A DNA stretch of 64,000 bases from Armatimonadota bacterium (GTDB taxonomy: Bacteria > Armatimonadota > Zipacnadia > Zipacnadales > UBA5352). Location: the NCBI GenBank assembly GCA_050942735.1, contig JBMNNW010000012.1, forward strand, positions 1,053 through 65,052, in the 5' to 3' direction. The notes beneath the pieces are model-generated. The model worked only from the letters and a program-made list of their open reading frames with translations, did no database searches and was not told the origin of the DNA. Within the stretch, counting starts at the first letter, position 1. Every line of letters begins with the position of its first letter. A program made the translations under genes and the position numbers. This document shows positions 9,156-18,502 of the stretch, piece after piece.

Positions 9156-10219
9156 TCCGCGTTCTCGTCGTGGACGACTCGGCGGTGGTGCGGAAGGTGC
9201 TCGCGGAGGAGCTTTCGAGAGCGCCGGACATCGAGGTCGTCGCGACCGCCACCGACCCCTACGTGGCGCGCGACAGGATCCTCGCGCTGCAGCCGGACGT
9301 GCTGACGCTCGACATCGAGATGCCGCGGATGGACGGGCTGACGTTCCTCGGCAGGTTGATGCATCATCGGCCGATGCCCGTGGTCGTGGTCAGCTCGGTC
9401 AGCCCGGAGGGCAGCGAGGCGGCGGTGCGAGCGCTGGAACTCGGCGCGGTGGACGTGGTCTCCAAGCCAGGATCGGCGTTCACCGTCGGGGACATCTCCG
9501 AGCGGCTGATCGGCGCGATTCGCACCGCGGCCGGTGCGAGGGTCGGCCGCCACGAGCGCCCCGAAGGCCGCGAGCCCGATCGCTGCGCCTCGATCCCGCG
9601 CGTTGTGCGCACCACGCACAGAGTCATCGCCATCGGCGCGTCCACCGGCGGCACCACCGCGATCCGGGAGGTGCTCACGCAACTGCCCCGGACGACGCCC
9701 GGCACCGTCATCGTCCTGCATATGCCCGAGCACTTCACCGCCGCGTTCGCGAGGCGGCTCGACGAGCAGTGCGTGATGGAGGTGCGCGAGGCGCGTGACG
9801 GCGACCCCATCGTCCCGGGCGTGGCGCTCATCGCTCCGGGCAATCGGCACATGGTGGTCCGGCGCAGCGGCGCCCGCTACATGGTCGGGCTCAGGGACGC
9901 TCCGCCCGTGCATTACCAGCGCCCGAGCGTTGATGTGCTCTTCCACTCCGCGGCCCGACAGTGCGGGCACAACTGCCTCGCGGTGATCCTCACCGGGATG
10001 GGCGCCGACGGCGCGGCCGGGATGCTCGCCATGCGCCGGGCCGGGGCGCAGACGCTCGCGCAGGATGAGCGGAGCTGCGTCGTCTACGGCATGCCGCGAG
10101 CCGCGGTGGAGATGGAGGCGGTCGATCAGATCGTTCCGCTGCACGAGATCCCCCGGCAGATCATCAGTGCGCTGGCCCGCTCCGCCCGCTCCGCCCGCTC
10201 CGCCCGCTCGCGCGGGTAG
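9152..10219 (+). CDS. cheB: Chemotaxis response regulator methylesterase CheB
   Basis: Receiver VLVVDDS and DVLTLDIEMPRMDG; esterase IGASTGG, HMP, ILTGMGADG. Confidence 0.97.
   Translation: MIRVLVVDDSAVVRKVLAEELSRAPDIEVVATATDPYVARDRILALQPDVLTLDIEMPRMDGLTFLGRLMHHRPMPVVVVSSVSPEGSEAAVRALELGAVDVVSKPGSAFTVGDISERLIGAIRTAAGARVGRHERPEGREPDRCASIPRVVRTTHRVIAIGASTGGTTAIREVLTQLPRTTPGTVIVLHMPEHFTAAFARRLDEQCVMEVREARDGDPIVPGVALIAPGNRHMVVRRSGARYMVGLRDAPPVHYQRPSVDVLFHSAARQCGHNCLAVILTGMGADGAAGMLAMRRAGAQTLAQDERSCVVYGMPRAAVEMEAVDQIVPLHEIPRQIISALARSARSARSARSRG
10175..10210 (+). repeat. 9-bp tandem repeat (GCCCGCTCC)x4 at the 3' end of cheB
   Basis: Copies at 10175, 10184, 10193 and 10202 (last ends in G); encodes ARS x4. 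Confidence 0.9.
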
Positions 10220-10250
10220 CGCTCCGCGCGGAGATCTCCCCGAACGCGGC

Positions 10251-10277
10251 TAAAGCCCGTGTGTAAACGCCCGATAT
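10251..10277 (+). promoter_or_regulatory. sigma28 promoter of flagellin
   Basis: TAAA-N15-CCCGATAT, near-perfect sigma28/SigD consensus. Confidence 0.85.
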
Positions 10278-10497
10278 ACACTTCGGTGCAGGTTCTGTTG
10301 CGCGCCCGCGGCGGTCAGCGCCACGGCCCGAACGAGCCTGCCGAAGTGTCGATCCGGCTCCCCCGTCGCCGGGGCGTCCAGATCGTCGCCGCATCACACA
10401 GGGCTCAGCGGGTGAACCGTCCGGACTTCGCGACGCGAGCCGCATGCCATCCGCCCCGAGCCGCCAGACCCCAACCGGGGAACGAGGAGGACTTCGC

Positions 10498-12015
10498 ATG
10501 TCGCTCACTCGCATCAACCAGAACATCAGCTCCATCAACGCGCAGCGGAACCTCGACAACAACTCCGCCCGCATCGGCCGCTCGATCGAGCGCCTCGCCA
10601 GCGGTCTTCGGATCAACCGCGGCGCGGACGATCCGGCCGGTCTCGTGATCTCCGAGCTGCTCCGCGCGCAGGTCTCGGGGCTCGACGTGGCCGAGCAGAA
10701 CGCGTCGCAGGGGGTGAACCTGATCAAGACCGCCGAAGGGGCGCTCAACGAGGTCTCAGGCCTCCTGCGGCAGATGCGCGACCTCGCGGTGGACGCCTCG
10801 TCGGACTCGAACAAGAACGCCGACGCCCGCGCCGCATTGCAGTCACAGGTGGAGTCGGCGCTCAACACCATCGATGAGATCGCGGTCAACACCAAGTACG
10901 CGGGCCGCTCGCTGCTGGACGGCTCCGCGGGCGCCTCCCGTACGATCCTCGACCCCACGGCCGTCGCCGGGCAGAACCTGACCTCCGTTGAGGGCAACGG
11001 CAACATCTCCGTGAGCGTCAGCACCGCCGCGGAGAAGGCCATCTCCGAGTCGGCCACCAGCGGCGCGGTCGTCGCAGGCAGCGCCGTGGACGGCACCGGC
11101 TCAATCGACCTCGACGGCGGCGAGCTGAAGCTCACCATCAACGGCAAGGCCGTCAAAGCCACCGACGCGATGGGCGGCGGCGACCTGGTCATCGACGGCA
11201 CCACCACCTGGCAGCAGCTCGTGGACAGCATCAACCAGACCGCGTCGCTGCAGGGCGAGGTCACCGCCGAGATCACCGCCGACGGCGAGCTGGCGATCAT
11301 GTCCGCGGAGTTCGGCTCCGACCAGCACGTCTCGGTGCAGTACACCTGGGACAGCGCGGGCAGCGGCTCGGAGGACCTGACGGGGCTGCTGGACGCGTCC
11401 GGCTCGACCTTCGAGGCCGACGCGGGCGTGGACGCGGTGGCCGACGTGGTCTTCGGCGGCGAGGCGCTCGGCGGCGGCAGTGACGTGACCTTCGGCGGCG
11501 GCTCGGGCCTGACGATCAGCCACGCGACCTACGGCTCGATCACCCTCACCGAGGCCGCGGGCACCACGACGGGCGACTACGTGGACGTGATCTCCGCGCA
11601 GGACGGCCAGCTCTCCTTCCAGGTCGGCAGTGAGGCCGGCCAGCAGGCGACCACGACCATCAGCTCGATGAACACCGCCCGCCTCGGCACGACGAGCGCG
11701 CTGGCGGACATCGACATCTCCACGGTGGCCGGGGCGGAGACGGCCCTGACGGTGATCGACGAGGCGATCAACCAGGTCTCCGCGGTGCGCGGCGACCTCG
11801 GCGCATTCCAGGTGAACGAGTTGGAGGCGGAGGCCCGCTCGCTGGCGGTCGCGCGAGAGAACCTCTCCGCCTCGGAGAGTCAGATCCGCGACACGGACTT
11901 CGGGCGCGAGATGGCGGAGTTCACCACCAGCCAGGTGCTGGTGCAGTCGGCGACGGCCTTCCTCTCACAGGCCAACGCGCTGCCGCAGAACGTGCTGCAG
12001 CTCATCCGCGCGTAG
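10498..12015 (+). CDS. fliC: Flagellin
   Basis: N-terminal RINQNISSINAQRNL...LASGLRINRGADDPAGL, C-terminal RGDLGAFQ...SQIRDTDFGREMAEFT...AN..PQNVLQL; GAGGAGG RBS. Confidence 0.97.
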   Translation: MSLTRINQNISSINAQRNLDNNSARIGRSIERLASGLRINRGADDPAGLVISELLRAQVSGLDVAEQNASQGVNLIKTAEGALNEVSGLLRQMRDLAVDASSDSNKNADARAALQSQVESALNTIDEIAVNTKYAGRSLLDGSAGASRTILDPTAVAGQNLTSVEGNGNISVSVSTAAEKAISESATSGAVVAGSAVDGTGSIDLDGGELKLTINGKAVKATDAMGGGDLVIDGTTTWQQLVDSINQTASLQGEVTAEITADGELAIMSAEFGSDQHVSVQYTWDSAGSGSEDLTGLLDASGSTFEADAGVDAVADVVFGGEALGGGSDVTFGGGSGLTISHATYGSITLTEAAGTTTGDYVDVISAQDGQLSFQVGSEAGQQATTTISSMNTARLGTTSALADIDISTVAGAETALTVIDEAINQVSAVRGDLGAFQVNELEAEARSLAVARENLSASESQIRDTDFGREMAEFTTSQVLVQSATAFLSQANALPQNVLQLIRA

Positions 12016-12023
12016 ACGCAACC

Positions 12024-12085
12024 CGCCGGCTGACAGGGAGGGGGGCGCCCCGGCGGGCCCCCCTCACCCCGCCTGTCAGACGGCG
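12024..12085 (+). terminator. Long GC-rich hairpin after fliC (no U-tract; terminator or mRNA-stability element)
   Basis: CGCCGGCTGACAGG/CCTGTCAGACGGCG (1 mismatch) enclosing GAGGGGGG/CCCCCCTC. Confidence 0.55.
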
Positions 12086-12155
12086 TTCGCAGGCCGAGAC
12101 CGCAGCGCACCTGCGTTGACACGATCCGGGCAACCGGCGCACAGGAGGCGTCGCG

Positions 12156-14399
12156 ATGAACATCGGAAGCATGGCGATCAGCGGACTTGTCGCCCGCGAC
12201 ATCGACATCAGCGGAGTCATCACGCAGCTCGCGCAGATCAAGCGTAGGCCCGTGGAGCTGCTCGAGCAGAAGCAGTCGACGCACAGCAGGCGCCTGACGG
12301 CCTTCCAGCAGCTCACCGCGCGATGCCTGGCGCTGGGGACCGCGACCGCCGGGCTGACCGACGGGACGGCCTTCGAGCAGGTGACGGCGCGCAGCGGGGA
12401 CCCGGGGACGATCGCGGTCAGCGCCTCGGCGGGCGCGCCGGTCGGCTCGTACCGGCTGGAGGTCGCGCGGCTTGCACAGAGTCAGAAGGTCTCATCGGGA
12501 GCGGTGGCGAGCACGACGGAGGCGCTGGGCCACTCGGGGGAGTTTCTGCTCAACGGCAGGGTCGTCGCGGTGGAGGCGGGCTTCACGCTCCGCGACATCC
12601 GCGACGCGATCAACGCCGCGGGCGCGGGCGTCAGCGCCTCGATCCTCACCGGCTCGGAGACGGAGCACTACCTGCGGCTGACCAGTCTCAGCTCCGGTCT
12701 GCAGGGCGCGATGCAGATGGTGGATGTCTCAGGCGTGCTCGAAGCGCTGGGCGTGCAGGACGGAGCCGTGAGCACGAAGCACGCGCTCGCGGACGGGATG
12801 GCCTCGGACGCTCTGGCGGAGAGGTTCACGCCGGTGGGCGAGGCGCTGGGGCTCGGGGCCGCGCCGGCGGGCGTCATCAGCGTCAACGGCGTGCACGTCT
12901 CCATCGACCTCTCCGCCGACAGCCTCGAGGAGATTGCCGCGTCGATCGGCGCGGTGGAGGGCGTCGGCGCGACGGTGGAGGAAGTTGAGGCGGGCGGGGT
13001 GACGCGCTATCAGCTTCGGATCACCGGCGAGAGCGGAGCGCCCGCGCTCGTTGACGATGGGAACGTGCTGCTCGCGCTGGGCGTGCTCGAGCGCGGGCTC
13101 GCGCATGAGGTGGACGCCGCGCAGGATGCGCTCTTCACGATCGACGGCGTAGCGATGAGCCGTCCGACGAACGCGGTTGACGACGCGATCGACAACGTCC
13201 AACTGCAGCTTCTGCGGGAGACCGATGGCGCGCCGGTGACAGTGAGCATCGCCGCGGACACGGCGGCGACGGTGGAGGCGGTGCAGAGGTTCGTGGACGC
13301 GTACAACGCAGTCATCCGGTTCATCAGCGAGCATCAGAGCTTCGACACGGACGCGGGCACGGGCGGGTTGTTCCTCGGCTCACCGGCGGTCCTGCAGCTT
13401 GAGACGCAGTTGCGCGAGCAGATCAGCAGGCTGGTGAACACGCTCGGCGGCGAACTGACGCTGGGGTCGCAGGCGGGGCTTCGCTTCAACACCGGCGACG
13501 AGATCGTCTTCGACAGCCTCGCGCTGCTCGACAGACTGCAGAGCGATCCGGAGGGCCTCAGGCGCCTCTTCGGCACCCGCACCGCGACGTCGGGCGAGGT
13601 CGAGGTATTCGACTACTCCTCCGCGACCGCGGACTCGGGGCCGGGCGGCTGGGCGGTGGAGATCACCCAGGCGGCCACGCGGCCGACCGCCATCGGCGCG
13701 ACGCTCGCGGCAGGAATCGCGATGGATGAGACGCTGACGGTCAACGGTGTCTCGGTCTCACTGACTGCGGGCATGAGCGCCGAGGAGGCGGCCGACGCGC
13801 TCAACGCGGCCCTCATCGGCGAGCGGATGGAGATCACCGCGGCCGTGGAGGGCGACCGGCTGGTGCTGCGGCACGAACTGTGGGGGAGCCGGCATTCGAT
13901 CGCGATCAGCTCATCGCTCGACGAGGGCTCGGGCGGCACCGACCTCGGCGGCTCGGTCGCGGGCGAGGCACGGGTATATGAGGGGCAGGACGTGGTGGGG
14001 ACGATCCGCGGCGAGGCGGCCACCGGGACCGGGCGGCTGCTCACCGGCGGGCGAGGTACCCCCGCCGAGGGGCTGCGGCTGGTCATCGCGGCGACTGAGG
14101 CGGGGCCGGTCGGGGAGGTGCGTGTCAGCCGGGGGATCGCGGCGCGGATGAGCGCGCTGATCGAGCGAGCCACCGACAGCCGGACGGGCGCGCTGACACG
14201 AGCGGCGGAGGGGCAGTCCGGCGAGATCGCCGCGATCGACGAGCAGATCGCGGCGGTGGAGGCCGACGTGGACCGCTACATCGAGCGGCTCCAGGTTGAC
14301 TTCGCGCTGATGGAGAGCAAGATGTCGCGTTCGCTGGCGCTGCTCGACTGGATGGAGAATCAGATCGAGTACCTTCCCGGCGCTCAGCGCAGGAGATAG
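12156..14399 (+). CDS. fliD: Flagellar filament cap protein FliD
   Basis: N-terminal SGLVARDIDISGVITQL, AQDALFTIDGV..RPTNAVDDAI, FVDAYNAV, C-terminal coiled coil. Confidence 0.92.
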   Translation: MNIGSMAISGLVARDIDISGVITQLAQIKRRPVELLEQKQSTHSRRLTAFQQLTARCLALGTATAGLTDGTAFEQVTARSGDPGTIAVSASAGAPVGSYRLEVARLAQSQKVSSGAVASTTEALGHSGEFLLNGRVVAVEAGFTLRDIRDAINAAGAGVSASILTGSETEHYLRLTSLSSGLQGAMQMVDVSGVLEALGVQDGAVSTKHALADGMASDALAERFTPVGEALGLGAAPAGVISVNGVHVSIDLSADSLEEIAASIGAVEGVGATVEEVEAGGVTRYQLRITGESGAPALVDDGNVLLALGVLERGLAHEVDAAQDALFTIDGVAMSRPTNAVDDAIDNVQLQLLRETDGAPVTVSIAADTAATVEAVQRFVDAYNAVIRFISEHQSFDTDAGTGGLFLGSPAVLQLETQLREQISRLVNTLGGELTLGSQAGLRFNTGDEIVFDSLALLDRLQSDPEGLRRLFGTRTATSGEVEVFDYSSATADSGPGGWAVEITQAATRPTAIGATLAAGIAMDETLTVNGVSVSLTAGMSAEEAADALNAALIGERMEITAAVEGDRLVLRHELWGSRHSIAISSSLDEGSGGTDLGGSVAGEARVYEGQDVVGTIRGEAATGTGRLLTGGRGTPAEGLRLVIAATEAGPVGEVRVSRGIAARMSALIERATDSRTGALTRAAEGQSGEIAAIDEQIAAVEADVDRYIERLQVDFALMESKMSRSLALLDWMENQIEYLPGAQRRR

Positions 14400-14404
14400 C
14401 CCGG

Positions 14405-14420
14405 TGGCACGTGACTTGCA
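14405..14420 (+). promoter_or_regulatory. sigma54 promoter of fliS
   Basis: TGGCACGTGACTTGCA, perfect GG-N10-GC, starting 6 nt after the fliD stop. Confidence 0.85.
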
Positions 14421-14452
14421 TCATGACATACCGAGGGACAGGAGGGTCGCGG

Positions 14453-14857
14453 ATGGCCTCAAAGTATGCCCCTGAGGCGTACCAGGAGATGCAGGTGCTT
14501 GGGTCGGACCCCCGGCAGCTCGTGGTGCTGCTGTGCCAGGCGCTTGTGCGCTATCTGATGCGCGCGGATGATGCGATCAGGCGGCGCGACTGGGAGACGA
14601 AGTCGGCGGCGCTCTGCCGGGCTCAGCAGATCTTCTCCGAGCTGATCTGCTCGCTCGACGAAGAGATCGGTGGGGAGCTGGCCGAGCAACTGCGGGCGCT
14701 CTACGTGCACCTGCAGCGGCAGCTCGTCGATGTTGACCTGCAGGATGACCTCGACAGACTCGCGTACGTCAGTGAGATGGCCGCGAGGCTCGTCAATGCC
14801 TGGGAGGAGGCTCTTGAACGATGCCGGGAGCAGGAGCTGGGAAGCAGGGCGGCGTAG
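14453..14857 (+). CDS. fliS: Flagellin chaperone FliS
   Basis: AYQEMQVLGSDPRQLVVLL, AQQIFSELICSLDEEIGGELAEQLRALY, LVNAWEE. Confidence 0.9.
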   Translation: MASKYAPEAYQEMQVLGSDPRQLVVLLCQALVRYLMRADDAIRRRDWETKSAALCRAQQIFSELICSLDEEIGGELAEQLRALYVHLQRQLVDVDLQDDLDRLAYVSEMAARLVNAWEEALERCREQELGSRAA

Positions 14858-14865
14858 CCGACGCG

Positions 14866-15186
14866 ATGACGCCTGCGGAGGCGGTCAGGGAGCTCGGCCG
14901 CGTGGAGCGGGAGGCGATCGCCGCGGGGGACTGGGATGCGCTGGATGGGATCCTCGAGCGTCAGAAGGCGATGTGGCGGGAGCTGGTCGAGAGCGCGGAG
15001 CCTGACCGCATCTCCGGGACCGCGGATGCGGCCGGAGAGGCGCTCATGGCGCTCTACGAGGTGCGTCGGCGCAATCACGCGCTGATCGAGCAGAGCTTGC
15101 GGGAGATGCGCCGCAGGCTCACCGTCGCGCACGCGGGCTCCGGGGCGCGCAGCGCCTACCAGCTCACCTCCGGGCGGGCGGCGTAG
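14866..15186 (+). CDS. FlgN/FliT-like flagellar export chaperone
   Basis: Short all-helical protein (EREAIAAGDWDALDGILERQ) after fliS, ending GSGARSAY. Confidence 0.55.
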   Translation: MTPAEAVRELGRVEREAIAAGDWDALDGILERQKAMWRELVESAEPDRISGTADAAGEALMALYEVRRRNHALIEQSLREMRRRLTVAHAGSGARSAYQLTSGRAA

Positions 15187-15211
15187 GCGGAGAGCAGGCG
15201 CCCGGCCTCGG

Positions 15212-16402
15212 CTACGCTTCGAGCATCAGGTCGCCGGGGCGGAGAGTGTTGCCGTGGGCCATCAGCAGGCCGCGCTGGATGGCGTTGTCGAGCTGGCGGA
15301 GGTTGCCCGGCCAGCTCTGCCGCCGCAGCAGCTCCACCGCCTCCGGGGAGATCGCATCGGGACCGCGCGCGTGGCGGCGGAGGTGCTTGCGCAGGAAGAA
15401 GCGCGCGAACGGCTCGATGTCCTCCGGGCGCTCGCGCAACGGCGGGAGGCTCAGCGGCATGACCGCCAGCCGGTAGTAAAGGTCCTCCCGGAAGCGCCCC
15501 TCCTCCACCGCGCGACGAAGGTCCTGGTTGGTCGCGCAGATCAGCCGCACGTCCACCTCGATCGGCTTCGTCCCACCCAGTCGCGTGAATGTCAGGTCCT
15601 GGGCGAACCGCAGCAGCTTCACCTGATTGTCCATGCTCATCTCGCCGATCTCATCAAGGAAGATCGTCCCCCCGTCGGCGACCTCGCAGAGCCCCTTCTT
15701 CGCCTGCGTGGCCGAGGTGAACGCGCCCTTCTCGTGACCGAAGAGCTCGCTCGTGAGGAGTTGCTCGGGCAGGGAGCCGCAGTTGATCGGGACGAACGTC
15801 CTCTCCGCCCGATCGCCCATGAGATGGATTGCGCGGGCGAGGAAGTCCTTGCCGGTGCCGGTCTCTCCCTCGATGAGCACCGGGGTGGGTGTGCCGGCCA
15901 CGCGCGCGGCGGCGGCGTAAGCCCGTCTCACCCGTGAGCTTCGACTCATCACGTGCTCGAAGCCGTGGCGCTCGCGAAGAACCTGCCAGAGGTACCCCGC
16001 CTCATCGCCCGGCGCGGTGTCTCCGCCGGTGCCCAGCACCTCTGAGGCACGGGACAGCAGCTCCTCGCGGGCGAAGGGCTTCTGAAGGTAGTGCGCTGCG
16101 CGCAGCCCGAGCGCCTCGACGGCCGTCTCGAAGCTCGGGTGCGCGGTGATGATGATCGCGGGCGCGTTGACGCCCTTCGCCCGGAGGTGGCCGAGCAGTT
16201 CGACGCCGTCGGCGTCCGGGAGCATGCGATCGAGGATCAGCAGATCGGGCGGGCGGTCTCCGATGGCCTCCGCCAGCGCTGAGGCGCCATCCGCAGCGGT
16301 GCGCAGCTCGCAGTCAAGTTCGCCGAGGGTTCGGCCGACGGTCGCGAGCATCTCCGGGTCGTCGTCAACGATGAGCACGGTGGGCCTGTCGGCCTCTGAC
16401 AC
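15212..16402 (-). CDS. sigma54-dependent response regulator (receiver + AAA+), lacking the C-terminal HTH
   Basis: Receiver LIVDDD, DRMLP, KPF; Walker A GETGTGK; GAFTSA loop; Walker B IFLDEI; REDLYYRL; WPGNLRQL; the protein ends shortly after sensor II. Confidence 0.93.
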   Translation of the reverse strand: MSEADRPTVLIVDDDPEMLATVGRTLGELDCELRTAADGASALAEAIGDRPPDLLILDRMLPDADGVELLGHLRAKGVNAPAIIITAHPSFETAVEALGLRAAHYLQKPFAREELLSRASEVLGTGGDTAPGDEAGYLWQVLRERHGFEHVMSRSSRVRRAYAAAARVAGTPTPVLIEGETGTGKDFLARAIHLMGDRAERTFVPINCGSLPEQLLTSELFGHEKGAFTSATQAKKGLCEVADGGTIFLDEIGEMSMDNQVKLLRFAQDLTFTRLGGTKPIEVDVRLICATNQDLRRAVEEGRFREDLYYRLAVMPLSLPPLRERPEDIEPFARFFLRKHLRRHARGPDAISPEAVELLRRQSWPGNLRQLDNAIQRGLLMAHGNTLRPGDLMLEA

Positions 16403-16436
16403 GATGATGGCGTCCCTTCGGTGCGGCGGGGTGAGT

Positions 16437-17216
16437 TCAGGAGTTCAGACGCGTGTTGAGCGCGGCGCGCAGCCGCGCGATCGCCTGGGTGTGAATCTGA
16501 CAGATGCGCGATTCGGTCACGTCGAGCACCAGGCCGATCTCACGCATCGTCAACTCCTCGTGGTAGTAAAGGCTGATGACCATCCGCTCGCGCTCTGACA
16601 GTTCGCCGATGCACTCGACGAGGAGGCGGCGCATCTCGGCGCGGTCGGCGACCGCGTGCGGGAGCCACTCGGGGCGTTCGGCGTCAATGCTCGCGTTGGT
16701 GGGGGCATGCGCATCGCCCGAGGACTCCGAGAGGCTCTCGAGAGAGACAAGCGCGGCCGTGGAGGCGTCGCGCAGCAGCTTGCGGTACTCGGCGGCCGTG
16801 AGGCCCAGCCGCTCGATGATCTCCGCCTCATCGGGCTGGCGGCCAAGCTGCTGACGTAGTTCGGCGACGGCCGCCTCAAGCTCGCGGTAGCGCCCGCGCA
16901 GGCCGCGCGGCGCCGGGTCCATCCTGCGCAACTCATCGAGGATCGCCCCGCGCATGAGCGTACATGCGTAGGTGCGGAAGCTCGCGCCGCGCCCCGGATC
17001 GTAGCGATCGACGGCCCTGATCAGCCCGATCATGCCCGCGCTGACAAGATCCTCGCGGTCAACCTGCGCGGGCAGACCTGAGGCGACGCGGTCCACCTCG
17101 TAACGCACGAGGTCAACGTTCTCGGTGATCAGGTGCTCGCGTTCAACCGGCGACAATCCGGCGCTCTCAGCGGTCTGAAACACGGGTGAACCCCCTGATC
17201 GGGTGATGCGACTCAT
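16437..17216 (-). CDS. fliA: RNA polymerase sigma28 factor FliA/WhiG
   Basis: DLVSAGMIGLIRAVDRYD, FRTYA, RGAILDELR, region 4 LSERERMVISLYYHEELTMREIGLVLDVTESRICQIH. Confidence 0.93.
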   Translation of the reverse strand: MSRITRSGGSPVFQTAESAGLSPVEREHLITENVDLVRYEVDRVASGLPAQVDREDLVSAGMIGLIRAVDRYDPGRGASFRTYACTLMRGAILDELRRMDPAPRGLRGRYRELEAAVAELRQQLGRQPDEAEIIERLGLTAAEYRKLLRDASTAALVSLESLSESSGDAHAPTNASIDAERPEWLPHAVADRAEMRRLLVECIGELSERERMVISLYYHEELTMREIGLVLDVTESRICQIHTQAIARLRAALNTRLNS

Positions 17217-17394
17217 GATCGACGAGGTGGATGCAGATGGGCCTGCCTCGCGCCGGCGACGAGGACCTCGTTGAGGGCATCTTGAGTGAAATGTCACGAG
17301 AACTCCGCAAGTTCATTCCTCGTAAGATGATCCCGCACCTCCAACTCGTGCCGGTTCTTCGTGAGATAAATGCGTGCGCCGGGGCGTCTTCGCA

Positions 17395-18480
17395 TCAGAT
17401 CCCCCCGGATGCTCGCGCTCGCTCGCGGCGGCTTCGGCGTCGCCGGTAGACGGCGGCGAAGATCTCAGCCACCACGGCGTAGAGCTTCTCCGGCACCGCA
17501 CCGCCGAGTTCGCAGGAGCGGAAGAGGCTGCGCGCGACCGGCGGGTTCTCGATGACCTCGATGCCGTGCATGCGGCCGAGGCGGATGATCTCCCGCGCGA
17601 CGGCACGCTGTCCCTTCGCGACGACCTTCGGCGCGGTCATGCTCACCGGATCGTATCTCAGCGCGACGGCGAAGTGCGTCGGGTTGGTCACGACCACGTC
17701 GGCCCGCGCCATCTCCGGGGAGATGCCCTGGGCCTGCATCGAGCGGCGAAGCTCTCTGCGCTTTGCGCGGATCTGCGGGTCGCCGTCGCTCTCCCTGAGG
17801 TCGCGTTTGAGTTCATGGCGGGTCATGCGAAGCTGCTTCTCATGGTCGTACCACTCGAAGGCGTAGTCGGCCGCGCCGATCACCAGCAGCAGCCCCATCG
17901 ACTTGACGAGCATCTCCGCGGCGATCGCGCCCATCGCCGCCATCATCGGCCGAAGCTGCATGTCGGCCATCAGCAGTATCTGCTCGGTGTGAGCGCGCAA
18001 CACGAGCGCGGCGACCAGCCCGACCGCGCAGACCTTCAGGATGCTCTTGAGCGTCGCGACGGCCCCCCGTGCGCTGAAGAGGCGCTTGAAGCCGTTGACC
18101 GGATTGAGCCGCGACCAGTCGGGCTTGATCGCCGAGGGGGCGATGAGGCCGCCGGTCTGCGCGGAGGCGGCGACGACCGTCCCGACGATCACGGCGAGCA
18201 TGATCGGCCCGAGCAGCATCGCCATCATCGGCAGCAGACTCGCCCACGCGGCCATCACACCGTCCGCGTCGATCTCACGCGTCCCCGCGATCCGCAGCCA
18301 GTGCTCGGTGAGGTCCTGCAGACGCCGCAGCATCCCCGTGCCTCCGAAGCGCCACGCGAGGTAGATCGCGAGCAACCCGAAGGCGCGGGTCAGGTCAACG
18401 CTGGTCGCGACCCGGCCCTTCTCCCGCGCCTGACGGCGCTTGCGCGGCGTTGGTTGCTCCGTGCGTTCCTCGGTCGCCAT
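17395..18480 (-). CDS. flhB: Flagellar export protein FlhB
   Basis: ERTEQPTPRKRRQAREKG, LNPVNGFKRLFS, autocleavage NPTH. Confidence 0.97.
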   Translation of the reverse strand: MATEERTEQPTPRKRRQAREKGRVATSVDLTRAFGLLAIYLAWRFGGTGMLRRLQDLTEHWLRIAGTREIDADGVMAAWASLLPMMAMLLGPIMLAVIVGTVVAASAQTGGLIAPSAIKPDWSRLNPVNGFKRLFSARGAVATLKSILKVCAVGLVAALVLRAHTEQILLMADMQLRPMMAAMGAIAAEMLVKSMGLLLVIGAADYAFEWYDHEKQLRMTRHELKRDLRESDGDPQIRAKRRELRRSMQAQGISPEMARADVVVTNPTHFAVALRYDPVSMTAPKVVAKGQRAVAREIIRLGRMHGIEVIENPPVARSLFRSCELGGAVPEKLYAVVAEIFAAVYRRRRSRRERARASGGI

Positions 18481-18502
18481 CGGCAGCCTCTCTCTCCGGC
18501 AC

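Noticed and set aside
10390-10445. c-di-GMP-I riboswitch-like fragments (CACAGGGC, GACGCGAGCC) in the flagellin leader
   Set aside because: The GNRA tetraloop/receptor and GCAAA signature are not recognisable; an Infernal search would be needed to settle it
10164-11345. 393-aa minus-strand Ser-rich ORF
   Set aside because: Reverse complement of flagellin codons
15187-15211. Frameshifted HTH remnant after the sigma54 activator
   Set aside because: Only 25 nt separate it from the convergent gene, too short to encode an HTH
17217-17394. AT-richer gap upstream of fliA with TCACGA/TCGTGA words
   Set aside because: No correctly spaced sigma54, sigma28 or sigma70 motif was found, and the inverted repeat is short and imperfect
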